Shown in pieces: positions 20,565 through 30,587 of a stretch of DNA of 64,000 nt. The translations under genes and the position numbers were made by a program. The notes under the pieces are model-generated. The model saw only the letters and a program-made list of their open reading frames with translations. It did no database searches and was not told where the DNA came from. The DNA is from an uncultured Saprospiraceae bacterium. Lineage in GTDB: Bacteria > Bacteroidota > Bacteroidia > Chitinophagales > Saprospiraceae. Numbering within the stretch: the stretch's first letter is position 1; every line of letters begins with the position of its first letter. The stretch lies in contig CALOED010000303.1 of assembly GCA_942492005.1 (NCBI GenBank), positions 9,823 through 73,822 on the forward strand, read 5' to 3'.

Positions 20565-21821
20565 TTACGCCTTTTTCAATTCCATCACCGTAATTTCTGG
20601 CAACATTCCCACTCGCCCGGGGTAGCCCAAAAAGCCCAAACCTCGATTCACGTAAATAAACTGTTTGCCTTTAGGGTACAAGCCCCACCACTGTTTGTAT
20701 AAAAATTTGCTAGGACTCCATTTGATAACGCCTGGAATATGCACTCCAAACTGAAAACCATGCGTATGCCCCGAAAAAGTAATATCAATATCTTTAAAAT
20801 CTTTGGTGATTTCTGCATCCCAATGCGAAGGGTCGTGCGAGAGTAGGAGTTTTACCGCAGCATTTTCTGCGCCTTTGTAGGCTTTCGCCAAATCGCCATT
20901 GGTGCGAAAACGCTTTTGAGCAGCCCAATTTTCAACGCCAATAATGCCCAATTGTGCGCCATTAATATCCAAAATTCGATTTTCATTCATTAGCAAATCC
21001 CAACCCAATTCTTTATGGATTTTTTGCATTCGCTCAAAATCTCTTTCCTTCTCGTCATGGTCTTTCCACTTTGCGTAATCGCCATAGTCATGGTTGCCCA
21101 AAACTGAAAAAACGCCCAATTTCGATTCTATTTTATCAAACACATCCATGAAGTTATTCATCTCGGTAGAGCGTTCATTGACCAAATCGCCTGTAAAAAA
21201 CACCAAATCCGCTGCTTCTCCATTAATCAATTCTATTGCTTTCTTAACGGGTTCTTTGAAAGTAAAGCTGCCCGAATGAATATCCGAAATTTGAACAATT
21301 TTCAAACCCTGCAAGCCTTCGGGGAGGTTGTCGAGCGCAACGCTCAAGCGAGTAATACGGTAACGGTAGGCGTTTCTAATCACACCATAAATCAGGGTAG
21401 AAAACGGAATTGCGCCCACTATCAGCACCATATTTCTCAAAAACTTAGGTCGAGAATAATTGCGAATATTGCCCATCTCTGTTTTATCATAAAGATAGTG
21501 AACGCCTTTAGCTAGAAAAATACCCAAATCGCCCACCAACATCACCAAAGCAGCAATAATTTTAGAAATATACAAAACAAAGAAAAACGTTCGGATGTAA
21601 GTCACCGCCGTTTTTCCAACATCTACCCGTTGCCAAAGCAATGCCGACAAAATCATCACCACAGGAATTGCCCAATAGGCAATATGAGCTACTCGTTGCC
21701 AAATGGTAGGCAGGTTTTTAAAAATTGACCGATACGCCTGAAAAACATATAAATCAATGGCTATAAGAAAAACGAAGATGAAGAGTATTCTATACATGAT
21801 AATGTTATTTGTTTTATACAA
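20565..21821 (-). CDS. membrane-anchored metallophosphoesterase (YkuE-like)
   Basis: 418 aa with N-terminal TM helices and DIHSG, GDLV, GNHDYG and GHTHG motifs. Confidence 0.8.
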   Translation of the reverse strand: MYKTNNIIMYRILFIFVFLIAIDLYVFQAYRSIFKNLPTIWQRVAHIAYWAIPVVMILSALLWQRVDVGKTAVTYIRTFFFVLYISKIIAALVMLVGDLGIFLAKGVHYLYDKTEMGNIRNYSRPKFLRNMVLIVGAIPFSTLIYGVIRNAYRYRITRLSVALDNLPEGLQGLKIVQISDIHSGSFTFKEPVKKAIELINGEAADLVFFTGDLVNERSTEMNNFMDVFDKIESKLGVFSVLGNHDYGDYAKWKDHDEKERDFERMQKIHKELGWDLLMNENRILDINGAQLGIIGVENWAAQKRFRTNGDLAKAYKGAENAAVKLLLSHDPSHWDAEITKDFKDIDITFSGHTHGFQFGVHIPGVIKWSPSKFLYKQWWGLYPKGKQFIYVNRGLGFLGYPGRVGMLPEITVMELKKA

Positions 21822-21835
21822 CGCTGGCTAATACT

Positions 21836-23227
21836 TTACAATATTCCCTTTTCTCGCATTTTAGCAAAATACTTTTTCGCCTCTTTCATCACTCTCGGAG
21901 CCATAATAATCGTTGCGGTCATTGTAGGAATTGCCATTAAGGCAAAAAAGCCATCAATCAAATTGAGCATAGCACTCAAAGGAAACACCGCCCCCATAAT
22001 GATACTAGCTAAATAAAAATAGTTGTAATAATGTTTGTTGTCTGCGCCAAATAAAAAGCCCATACATTTAGAGCCATAATAAGAATAAGAGAACAACGAA
22101 GAAATACTAAATACAGCGATACAAACCATCAATATATAGTTTCCAAAACCAGGGATAGAGGCGTTGAATGCCTCGGCAGTCAAGGAAACGCCATTATCGC
22201 CCGTAGTTTCCCACACGCCCGTCACCAAGATAGTAAGTGCCGTAAGCGTACAAACAATCAATGTATCAATCGCAGGCCCTAGCATTGCCACCAAACCTTC
22301 TCGCACCGCTTCGGATGTTTTGGCTGCGCCGTGCGCCATCGGAGCAGTACCGATACCTGCTTCGTTGGAAAATGCGCCTCGTCGGATGCCTAACAGTATC
22401 AATCCGCCCACTACGCCTCCAAACATGGGGTCGCCTTTATAGTTATCTGCCGCAAAAGCATCCGTAAAAATCATAGTAAAATATTTAGGTACTTCGCTAA
22501 AATTAATACCTAAAATAATCAACACCGCAATAAAATACAAAATTACCATAGCAGGAACGAGTTTTGCCGCAGTTTCGCTGATGCGTTTCAAACCGCCCAA
22601 AATCACGATAGCCGTAATAATGACTAAAATAACCCCAATAATTAATTTGGAGGTTTGGTCAGCGGCAATGCCATTCGGAACGAGCAAAATATCGCCAATA
22701 GCTTGCGTTAATTGATTGACATTAAATATAGGTAATGCGCCAATTAGTCCGGCAATACTAAAGAATACCGCCAAAGGTTTCCAGTTTTTGCCCAAGCCTT
22801 CCATGATAAAATACATCGGGCCGCCTTGCAATTCGCCCTTAGAATCTTTGCCTCGATACATAATAGCAAGCGTAGAAGTAAAAAACTTCGTACTCATACC
22901 AATAACGCCACTTACCCAAAGCCAAAAAATGGCTCCTGGCCCACCTAGCGTAATCGCCACGGCTACGCCCGCAATATTCCCCATGCCGATAGTCGCAGAA
23001 AGTGCCGTGGTTAGGGCCTGAAAATGATTGATTTGACCAGGGTCTTCAGGATTATCGTATTTACCTCTGGTCACTTTTATCGCATGACGCAAGTATCTAA
23101 AAGGTAGAAATCTAGATAAAAAAAGCAGATACAAACCGCCTCCTACCAATAACATTAGCAACGGCAAACCCCAAACAAAGCTGGCAAAAGCAGCTATCCA
23201 CAAATCTATTTGATTAACTATATCCAT
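21836..23227 (-). CDS. alanine/glycine:cation symporter (AGCS) family transporter
   Basis: 463 aa, polytopic, with the GGPGAIFWLW motif typical of sodium:alanine symporters. Confidence 0.8.
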   Translation of the reverse strand: MDIVNQIDLWIAAFASFVWGLPLLMLLVGGGLYLLFLSRFLPFRYLRHAIKVTRGKYDNPEDPGQINHFQALTTALSATIGMGNIAGVAVAITLGGPGAIFWLWVSGVIGMSTKFFTSTLAIMYRGKDSKGELQGGPMYFIMEGLGKNWKPLAVFFSIAGLIGALPIFNVNQLTQAIGDILLVPNGIAADQTSKLIIGVILVIITAIVILGGLKRISETAAKLVPAMVILYFIAVLIILGINFSEVPKYFTMIFTDAFAADNYKGDPMFGGVVGGLILLGIRRGAFSNEAGIGTAPMAHGAAKTSEAVREGLVAMLGPAIDTLIVCTLTALTILVTGVWETTGDNGVSLTAEAFNASIPGFGNYILMVCIAVFSISSLFSYSYYGSKCMGFLFGADNKHYYNYFYLASIIMGAVFPLSAMLNLIDGFFALMAIPTMTATIIMAPRVMKEAKKYFAKMREKGIL

Positions 23228-23606
23228 AATTTGGCTCTTTTGATTGATATTCAGATGTTGAACTATATGAGTTTTTGATTTTTGATTTTTTTTGAAAAAT
23301 TGGGTTTAAATCGCAAAAAAAACGTTTTACAACATTCATCGGCTAAGTTAAAATTAATATATGAGACTGTAAGCGAATAGGAATGAAATAATCTAATCGA
23401 GATATTAGGAGCGAAAAACCTAAAATGGACAAGGTGTTTTTGTTTGAACTCCAATATTAATTTTTGATAGAAAATTGATATTTTGCAACTTCTTGAGACG
23501 AAGACGAAGAAATAAGGAAAAGGAATTAGAATAGCATTATTTTTGTCAATGACAACATGGAACACGCCATTCGAGGTTTCGAGCATTCCAAAAAAAAAGA
23601 AAAATC

Positions 23607-25466
23607 ATGTCAAAACGTAAACAACCAAACAAAAGACCAAAACCAACTCCCAAAAGCCAGCCGACAAAAAAAAATAATCCGCAGCCAAAAGCTAGAGCAA
23701 AGGCTAAAAAAACGCAACAATCTGCCTCTATTCCAAATTATTGGTATTGGCTCGCAGCGATTATGCTAGTGACTTTCATTGCTTATAGTTTGAGTTTTAG
23801 CAATAATTTTGTGAATTGGGACGACGATTCTAACATTTTAAATAATCAATACGTCCAAAATTTCGATGTGGTCAATATTTTTACAAAAACCTACTCGAAC
23901 GCCTATCGTCCATTGACATTTTTTACATTTAGTGCTATCTATCAAGCAGTTGGCGCAAATGCAAGACCTTACCACATCATTAGTTTGTTTTTCCATTTGT
24001 TCAATATTATCTTAGTCTTTCAGGTTTTCAAAACGCTATTCGCTAACCATGATAAAGACCAAAACAGCACCTTGGCGTTGATTGTCGCAGGTTTATTTGC
24101 GGTGCATCCCATGATGGTAGAGGCGGTTTCGTGGGTTTCTGCGCTCAATGATGTGATGTATGTCTCGTTTTTCTTAGGCGGTATTTGGATGTACCTGAAA
24201 GAACGAAAAGTGGTTTGGGTCTATTTGCTATTTGTATTATCCCTATTTACAAAGCCATCTGCCATTGTATTTCCATTTGTGCTGTTGCTGATAGATTGGT
24301 ATCAAAACGGAAAGTTGGACAGAAAAGCATGGATGTCGAAATTGCCATTGGTGGGTATTGCCATCATTTTTGCGGTGATTTCGGTATTGGCTCGCAACAA
24401 TTCGGAAGAAGTCAGCGAATTGGCAACGACTTATTCCTTTGTCGATAGAATATTATTTGCCTTTTATGGCTTCGGATTTTATGGCGTGAAACTGTTCGCA
24501 CCAGTCAATTTGTCGGCAATTCATTACTTTCCAGAAAAATCGGGCGGAGCTTTACCGACTTTGTATTACCTCGCTCCGATGCTTTCCGTAGCGGTGGTTT
24601 TAGCTATTTTATTTTTCAAAAAACACCGAAAAGCGTTAATTTTTGGCTTTGGATTTTACGTCATCAATTTAATTTTGGTGGTGCAACTGATACCCTTTGG
24701 CCGGGCGGTAGTTGCCGAACGATACGCTTATTTGCCGTATATAGGCTTGTTTTTTATCATTGCTTACCTGTATTCTTTATTGTCCAAAAACCTTAAAACC
24801 TATGCCAATTATGGTTTGGTTGCCGTCGGGCTGCTTTTAGCAATAATGTCTTATAACAGGTCTTTGGTCTGGAAAGACGGCATGGCACTTTTTACGGATA
24901 TTATTGAGCATTATCCGAATAAAGCGATGTCATATTACAACCTCGCCAACGAATACAACCGACAAAACGATTACCTGACCGCACTCGAAACATTTGATAA
25001 AGCCATTGCTATCAATGACAAATCAGCGAGTTTTTATAACAATAAAGCCAATACTTATACGCTGCTCAATCAGCACGAAAACGCTATTCCGCTTTATGAC
25101 AAAGCCATTTCGCTAGAGCCAAACACGGCTAATTTTTATTTCAATAAAGGCATGGCACTCAAAACGCTCAACGACTTGGACAATGCCGTGCTGAATTGGC
25201 AAAAAGCCATAGAACTCAAAGAAGACTACGAGCGTCCGCATTTGCAACTCGGAGATTATTATTTTAATAACAAACGCTACAATGATGCCCGTCGTCATTA
25301 TACTCGCAGCATTGAATTGGGCTATGAAGTGCCGTATGCAAAGTTTTATTTAGGCTCGGCAGAGTATAATTTGGGCAGCAAAGAGGAAGGTTGCCGATTG
25401 CTGCGAGAAGCCCACCAGTTAGGTTATCCGAGGGCAAATGAGATGTTGAACCAGTTTTGCCAATAA
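23607..25466 (+). CDS. TPR-repeat membrane protein (TMTC/PMT-like polytopic domain plus C-terminal TPRs)
   Basis: 619 aa with a basic N-terminus and about 10 TM segments. Several TPR units follow (YYNLANEY..., FYNNKANTY..., FYFNKGMAL...). Confidence 0.65.
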   Translation: MSKRKQPNKRPKPTPKSQPTKKNNPQPKARAKAKKTQQSASIPNYWYWLAAIMLVTFIAYSLSFSNNFVNWDDDSNILNNQYVQNFDVVNIFTKTYSNAYRPLTFFTFSAIYQAVGANARPYHIISLFFHLFNIILVFQVFKTLFANHDKDQNSTLALIVAGLFAVHPMMVEAVSWVSALNDVMYVSFFLGGIWMYLKERKVVWVYLLFVLSLFTKPSAIVFPFVLLLIDWYQNGKLDRKAWMSKLPLVGIAIIFAVISVLARNNSEEVSELATTYSFVDRILFAFYGFGFYGVKLFAPVNLSAIHYFPEKSGGALPTLYYLAPMLSVAVVLAILFFKKHRKALIFGFGFYVINLILVVQLIPFGRAVVAERYAYLPYIGLFFIIAYLYSLLSKNLKTYANYGLVAVGLLLAIMSYNRSLVWKDGMALFTDIIEHYPNKAMSYYNLANEYNRQNDYLTALETFDKAIAINDKSASFYNNKANTYTLLNQHENAIPLYDKAISLEPNTANFYFNKGMALKTLNDLDNAVLNWQKAIELKEDYERPHLQLGDYYFNNKRYNDARRHYTRSIELGYEVPYAKFYLGSAEYNLGSKEEGCRLLREAHQLGYPRANEMLNQFCQ

Positions 25467-25728
25467 AAGGCAAAGGCTCAAACGTTTTACTAAATACAAT
25501 TTGAAGGCTGTTGTTGCATTGGATTAATCCTTGCGGCAGCAGCTTTTTTATTTTTAAAATAGAAATAATACAGGCTACCCTTCCACGAAATTTATCATTT
25601 TTTGATAGAGATGGCGATGAGATTTGTATTTTAATTAAAATAAGAATACATTTGCCGTACATTGTACGAGAGAAAATACTTGCTGTTTTCAAACTGTCCA
25701 ATGTTTAACCTTATGATTAAAAGAACAA

Positions 25729-26352
25729 ATGAAAGAACGAATCATACAAGTAGCGATACAGTTATTTAACGAAAAAGGCTTTTTTGATGTCAAGATGCGA
25801 GACATTTCTTCTGCACTCGATATTAGCGTAGGCAGCGTGACTTATCATTTTAATAGCAAAGAAGCACTCATGTCTTCTATTTATCGCTATATGATAAAGA
25901 CGCTGAATGAAGTTTCAATTTCTGATAGATTATTCCAAAAAGAAGGCGAAGAGGCGAATGTAGCAAAGGTATATTTTGAATTCATGAACCAGTTTCGATT
26001 TTTCTATCAAGATACTTTGGACATCATTAGAGCCTTCCCCGAAATAGGGAAACAGCACGAAAAACACGCCAAAGAAGAAATCAACATCGTTAAGAACATA
26101 TTATATATGCAAGTAGGCAAGGGCGTTTTAGTTCCCGAGCCAATATCTGGATTGTATCACACGCTTGCCGAAACCATTTTACAAACCTTGCATTTTTGGT
26201 TTATTCGCCAAGCTATTTTGGGCAATCCAGATGCAGGATTAGATAATGTAATAGAAGTCATTTTACACTTAGTTTATCCTTATGTCACGGAAAACCGAAA
26301 GACAGAAGGAATTTTTAAAAGAGTTGGAGTTCACGCAGAGGAAATTTTCTAA
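25729..26352 (+). CDS. TetR/AcrR family transcriptional regulator
   Basis: 207 aa with an N-terminal HTH (MRDISSALDISVGSVTYHFNSKEAL). It sits at the head of the fatty-acid oxidation genes. Confidence 0.8.
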   Translation: MKERIIQVAIQLFNEKGFFDVKMRDISSALDISVGSVTYHFNSKEALMSSIYRYMIKTLNEVSISDRLFQKEGEEANVAKVYFEFMNQFRFFYQDTLDIIRAFPEIGKQHEKHAKEEINIVKNILYMQVGKGVLVPEPISGLYHTLAETILQTLHFWFIRQAILGNPDAGLDNVIEVILHLVYPYVTENRKTEGIFKRVGVHAEEIF

Positions 26353-26418
26353 AACAATATCGAATTTGTTTTCGACTAAGACGGTGTGAAATAATTAAAC
26401 GCTTAAAAAAAATCAACC

Positions 26419-28293
26419 ATGGACGACATTTTATTTGACGAACCAAAAGTAGTCAAGGAAGAAAAAAAAGAACAACAGGCGATAGAGCCAAATCCACGTG
26501 TAAAAGGTGGATATTTTATCGTAGGCGATACGCCAGCGAATGAATTATTTATAGCAGAAGAATTTGAAGAAGACCAACGTATGGTAGGCGATACGGTTAG
26601 GGATTTTTGTATAAAAGAAATTCAAGAGCCGTTTTTTCAGCGAGGTAGAGAGTTGGAAATTACAAAGCCAGAAGACAAAGCCGAAATGTTGGCAATACTC
26701 AAAAGAGCGGGCGAAATTGGTCTTTGTGGCGTAAGTATTCCAGAAGAATACGGTGGAATGGGTTTAGATTTTAGAACCAATACCTTAATTTCTTTCAATT
26801 TGGCGTACGGATTCTCATTCGCTACAACGCTTGGCGCGCAAACTTCTATCGGTTGTTTGCCAATCGTATATTATGGTAATGAAGCGCAAAAACAAAAGTA
26901 TTTACCGAAAATTGCGACAGCAGAATACGTTGCGGCTTATGCTTTGACTGAACCAAATGCGGGTTCGGATGCGAATGCTGGAAAAACCAAAGCGGTTTTG
27001 AGCGAAGACGGAAAAAATTATATCATCAATGGTCAAAAGATTTGGATTTCCAATGGTGGTTTTGCTGATATTTATATCGTTTTTGCTAAAATTGACGATG
27101 ACAAAAAGCTATCCGCCTTTATTGTAGAACGCGATTATGAAGGTTTTTCAGTAGGCGCAGAAGAAAAAAAGATGGGTATTAAAGGTTCTTCGACCGTACA
27201 AATCTTTTTTGATAATTGTAAAGTGCCTGCCGAAAACCTATTGGGCGAGCGTCAAGGTGGTTTCAAAATGGCGTTGAATATTTTGAATGGCGGACGCATC
27301 AAAGCAGGTTCGGGTGGTACAGGCGGAGCAGTCAATGCTTTAAATCAGTCGGTAAAATATACTATCGAACGCAAGCAGTTTGGCAAATCTATTTCAGAAT
27401 TTGGGGCAATTCAATACAAAATTGGCGATATTTCTATGCGCATTTTTGCCAATTCAGCCGCTGTTTTTCGTTGCGCAGATTTGATTGATAAAAAAGAAGC
27501 CGAACTCAAATCCGCTGGCATTGATGAAAATAAAGCCAAAGTTGATGGGATTAGAGAATTTGCCATCGAAGCTGCAATTGTGAAAGTAAAAGGCTCGGAA
27601 CTGGCGTGTTATGCCGTAGATGAAGCCATTCAAATGCACGGAGGCATGGGCTATTCAGCCGAAACAGGCTTAGGAATGGGCTATCGTGATGCGAGAATTA
27701 CCAAAATCTACGAAGGCACAAACGAAATCAATGCAATGTTAGCCGTTGGAGAATTAATGAAACGTGGCATTGTGACCAAAGAATTGGATTTGAAAGCCGC
27801 AGGTGCAAAAGTGCCAGGTTTTATCGCTTCGCAATACAATCCTTTTCGCTCAAAATCAACAGTTTCTGAACAAGAACGTATTATCAAAGGTTTAAAAAAT
27901 ACATTCCTTTTTGTATCGGGCATGGCGGGCAGAAAGCTCAAAAAGGAAATGCTAGACGAGCAAGAAATTATCTTGAACTTATCTACCATTCTCCAAGAAG
28001 CCTACGTTTGCGAATCGGCTTATTTGAAAATTCAAAAGCTAGAAGGTGAGGCGAATTCTGATGAAGCAAAATTAGCTATTCAAAAACAAATGGTGCAATT
28101 ATACTTGTATGAAGCAGTCGAAAAAGCTAGAAAAGCGGCTTTGGAAGCAGTAGCGAGTTTTACAACTGGCGGTCAGAAAAATAATTACAATCGAGTAGTG
28201 AATGTAATGCTTCGACCTTTTAATGTCAATCCAAAGGAACTCAGAAGAAATATTGCTCAGGCGGTTATCAAAGCTGGTAAATACGATTTTTAA
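26419..28293 (+). CDS. acyl-CoA dehydrogenase (long form with C-terminal extension)
   Basis: 624 aa with ACAD motifs (YALTEPNAGSDA, QIWISNG, GGMGY...YRDARITKIYEGTNEI). Confidence 0.85.
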   Translation: MDDILFDEPKVVKEEKKEQQAIEPNPRVKGGYFIVGDTPANELFIAEEFEEDQRMVGDTVRDFCIKEIQEPFFQRGRELEITKPEDKAEMLAILKRAGEIGLCGVSIPEEYGGMGLDFRTNTLISFNLAYGFSFATTLGAQTSIGCLPIVYYGNEAQKQKYLPKIATAEYVAAYALTEPNAGSDANAGKTKAVLSEDGKNYIINGQKIWISNGGFADIYIVFAKIDDDKKLSAFIVERDYEGFSVGAEEKKMGIKGSSTVQIFFDNCKVPAENLLGERQGGFKMALNILNGGRIKAGSGGTGGAVNALNQSVKYTIERKQFGKSISEFGAIQYKIGDISMRIFANSAAVFRCADLIDKKEAELKSAGIDENKAKVDGIREFAIEAAIVKVKGSELACYAVDEAIQMHGGMGYSAETGLGMGYRDARITKIYEGTNEINAMLAVGELMKRGIVTKELDLKAAGAKVPGFIASQYNPFRSKSTVSEQERIIKGLKNTFLFVSGMAGRKLKKEMLDEQEIILNLSTILQEAYVCESAYLKIQKLEGEANSDEAKLAIQKQMVQLYLYEAVEKARKAALEAVASFTTGGQKNNYNRVVNVMLRPFNVNPKELRRNIAQAVIKAGKYDF

Positions 28294-28300
28294 AAGAACA

Positions 28301-29162
28301 AATAGCGTTTTTTTTAAACACATAGGCACATAGAAAATATAAGAGTATTAGCCGTTTTTATTTTTTATAAAAAAATAATTGGCGGTTTAATTCCAATTAT
28401 TTTTTCTCAGAAAAATAAAACTAATAAACATTTTTCTATGTGCCTATGTGTTAAAATAACAAATAGTGTTTTCAAAGAATAGCGTTTTTTTAAACACAAG
28501 GCACATAGAAAATAGAAGAGTATTAGCCGTTTTTATTTTTTATGAAAAAATAAGTGGCGGTTTAATTCCAATTATTTTTTCTCAGAAAAATAAAACTAAT
28601 AAACATTTTTCTATGTGCCTATGTGTTAAAATAACAAATAGTGTTTTCAAAGAATAGCGTTTTTTTAAACACAAGGCACATAGAAAATAGAAGAGTATTA
28701 GCCGTTTTTATTTTTTATGAAAAAATAAGTGGCGGTTTAATTCCAATTATTTTTCCTCAGAAAAATAAAATTAATAAACATTTTTCTATGTGCCTATGTG
28801 TTAAAATAACAAATAGTATTTTCAAAGAATAGCGTTTTTTTTAAACACATAGGCACATAGAAAATATAAGAGTATTAGCCGTTTTTATTTTTTATAAAAA
28901 AATAATTGGCGGTTTAATTCCAATTATTTTTTCTCAGAAAAATAAAACTAATAAACATTTTTCTATGTGCCTATGTGTTAAAATAACAAATAGTGTTTTC
29001 AAAGAATAGCGTTTTTTTAAACACAAGGCACATAGAAAATAGAAGAGTATTAGCCGTTTTTATTTTTTATGAAAAAATAAGTGGCGGTTTAATTCCAATT
29101 ATTTTTCCTCAGAAAAATAAAACTAATAAACATTTTTCTATGTGCCTATGTGTTAAAATAAC
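28301..29162. repeat. 4.9 tandem copies of a 175/177-bp unit, each with a 21-nt inverted repeat
   Basis: Units start at 28301, 28478, 28653, 28828 and 29005. The arms are AACACATAGGCACATAGAAAA / TTTTCTATGTGCCTATGTGTT, separated by 94 nt (e.g. 28317-28337 and 28432-28452). Confidence 0.95.
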
Positions 29163-29193
29163 TGCTATATGTTGGAAAAAATATCAATATATC

Positions 29194-30483
29194 ATGCAAA
29201 AAGTAGTAATCATCGACGGTGCGAGAACGCCATTTTTACGTTCAGGCACAGACTATATGGATTTAATGTCCTATCAATTAGGCGGTTTTGCCATCAAAGG
29301 ATTGTTGACCAAAACGGGCATTGACCCAAAAATGATAGATGCCGTCATCATGGGCAACGTCATTTCAAATGTCAAAACGCCAAACGTAGCACGAGAAGCC
29401 GCATTGATGGCTGGCGTACCACATACCACGCCTTGTAGAACCGTTTCGCAAGCCTGTATTTCTGCCAATCGTGCGATTTCGGACGGTTGTTTGGAAATTA
29501 TGACTGGGCAAGCGGATATTGTTATCGCTGGTGGAATCGACCATACTTCAGATACGCCGATACAGTTTCCTCGCAAAATGCGTAAAAAACTTTTCAAAGC
29601 ACAGCGCATCAAAACAATGGGCGATAATTTGAAGTTTTTGACTTCTTTACGCTTTTCGGATTTTGTACCAGAACGCCCATCTGTTTCAGAATATACGACG
29701 AATAAAATGATGGGGCAAGATTGTGATGTAATGGCTGCAAGGTTTGCCGTGAGCCGAGAAGCACAAGACGAATTTGCAGTGCGTTCGCATCAGTTGGCGC
29801 ACAAAGCACACGAAGAAGGGCATTTGCCAAATGAAATCGTGGAAGTCAATTTGCCACCAAAATTTAAAGTCATTGATAGAGATAACGGCGTTCGTGGCAA
29901 TTCTACCATTGAAAAAGTAGCTAAACTTCGTCCTGCTTTTGATAAAAAATTCGGAACATTGACGGCTGCGAACTCTTCATTTTTGACCGATGGCGGCTCG
30001 GCAGTGCTGTTGATGTCAGAAGAAAAAGCGAAAGAATTGGGTTTTACTCCATTGGCAGAAGTCGTAGATTTTGTGTTTACAGGTCAGCGATTGGAAGATG
30101 AATTGCTACTTGGGCCAACTTATGCGGTTTCTGAATTATTGAAGCGTCAAAATATGACTTTCGATGATATGGATGTGATTGAATTCCATGAAGCTTTTGC
30201 TGGTCAAATTCTTGCTAATCTCGAAGCATTGTCTTCTGATGAATTTGCACAAAAAAACTTAGGTAGAGACAAAGCAGTGGGAGAAGTGCCAATGGATAAG
30301 TTTAATCTTTGGGGCGGTTCATTATCGATTGGTCATCCGTTTGGTGCTACTGGCGGAAGATTATTAACGACTACCGCTAATCGTTTGCAGCATGAAGGCG
30401 GCACTTACGGACTTTTGGCGGCTTGTGCGGCTGGGGCGCATGGTCATGCGATGTTGGTAAAAAAATGGAGTGATGGAATGTAG
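29194..30483 (+). CDS. acetyl-CoA C-acyltransferase (thiolase, FadA/FadI-like)
   Basis: The ORF in the track (28993..30483) runs into the repeat array. The first ATG after the repeat (29194, MQKVVIIDGARTPF...) gives a canonical 429-aa thiolase. Confidence 0.85.
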   Translation: MQKVVIIDGARTPFLRSGTDYMDLMSYQLGGFAIKGLLTKTGIDPKMIDAVIMGNVISNVKTPNVAREAALMAGVPHTTPCRTVSQACISANRAISDGCLEIMTGQADIVIAGGIDHTSDTPIQFPRKMRKKLFKAQRIKTMGDNLKFLTSLRFSDFVPERPSVSEYTTNKMMGQDCDVMAARFAVSREAQDEFAVRSHQLAHKAHEEGHLPNEIVEVNLPPKFKVIDRDNGVRGNSTIEKVAKLRPAFDKKFGTLTAANSSFLTDGGSAVLLMSEEKAKELGFTPLAEVVDFVFTGQRLEDELLLGPTYAVSELLKRQNMTFDDMDVIEFHEAFAGQILANLEALSSDEFAQKNLGRDKAVGEVPMDKFNLWGGSLSIGHPFGATGGRLLTTTANRLQHEGGTYGLLAACAAGAHGHAMLVKKWSDGM

Positions 30484-30572
30484 GAATGATGGAATATTGT
30501 TGCTACCGCTGTTAATCGCTTATATTTGCCATTAATAGCAGTAGCAACAACATTCCTATATTCCACCATTCC
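30483..30572 (+). other. long imperfect hairpin in the thiolase-FadB intergenic spacer
   Basis: GGAATGATGGAATAT...TGTTGCTACCGCTGTTAAT pairs with ATTAATAGCAGTAGCAACA...ATATTCCACCATTCC. That is about 15 bp plus about 22 bp with a 7-nt bulge. There is no T-run afterwards. Confidence 0.7.
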
Positions 30573-30587
30573 ATTAAAAAAACTAAA

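Noticed and set aside
28301-29162. Tandem array as a CRISPR locus
   Set aside because: The whole 175/177-bp unit repeats, including what would be the spacers. There are no unique spacers and no cas genes in the window.
28466-29193. 63-aa ORFs (28466..28657, 28641..28832) and the 67-codon N-terminal extension of the thiolase ORF (28993..29193), all reading MFSKNSVFLNTRHIENRR...
   Set aside because: They are translations of the tandem repeat itself. The 175-bp unit is not a multiple of 3, so they overlap one another. The 177-bp variant units have an early stop in that frame. Composition is AT-rich and of low complexity. The thiolase has a canonical start at 29194.
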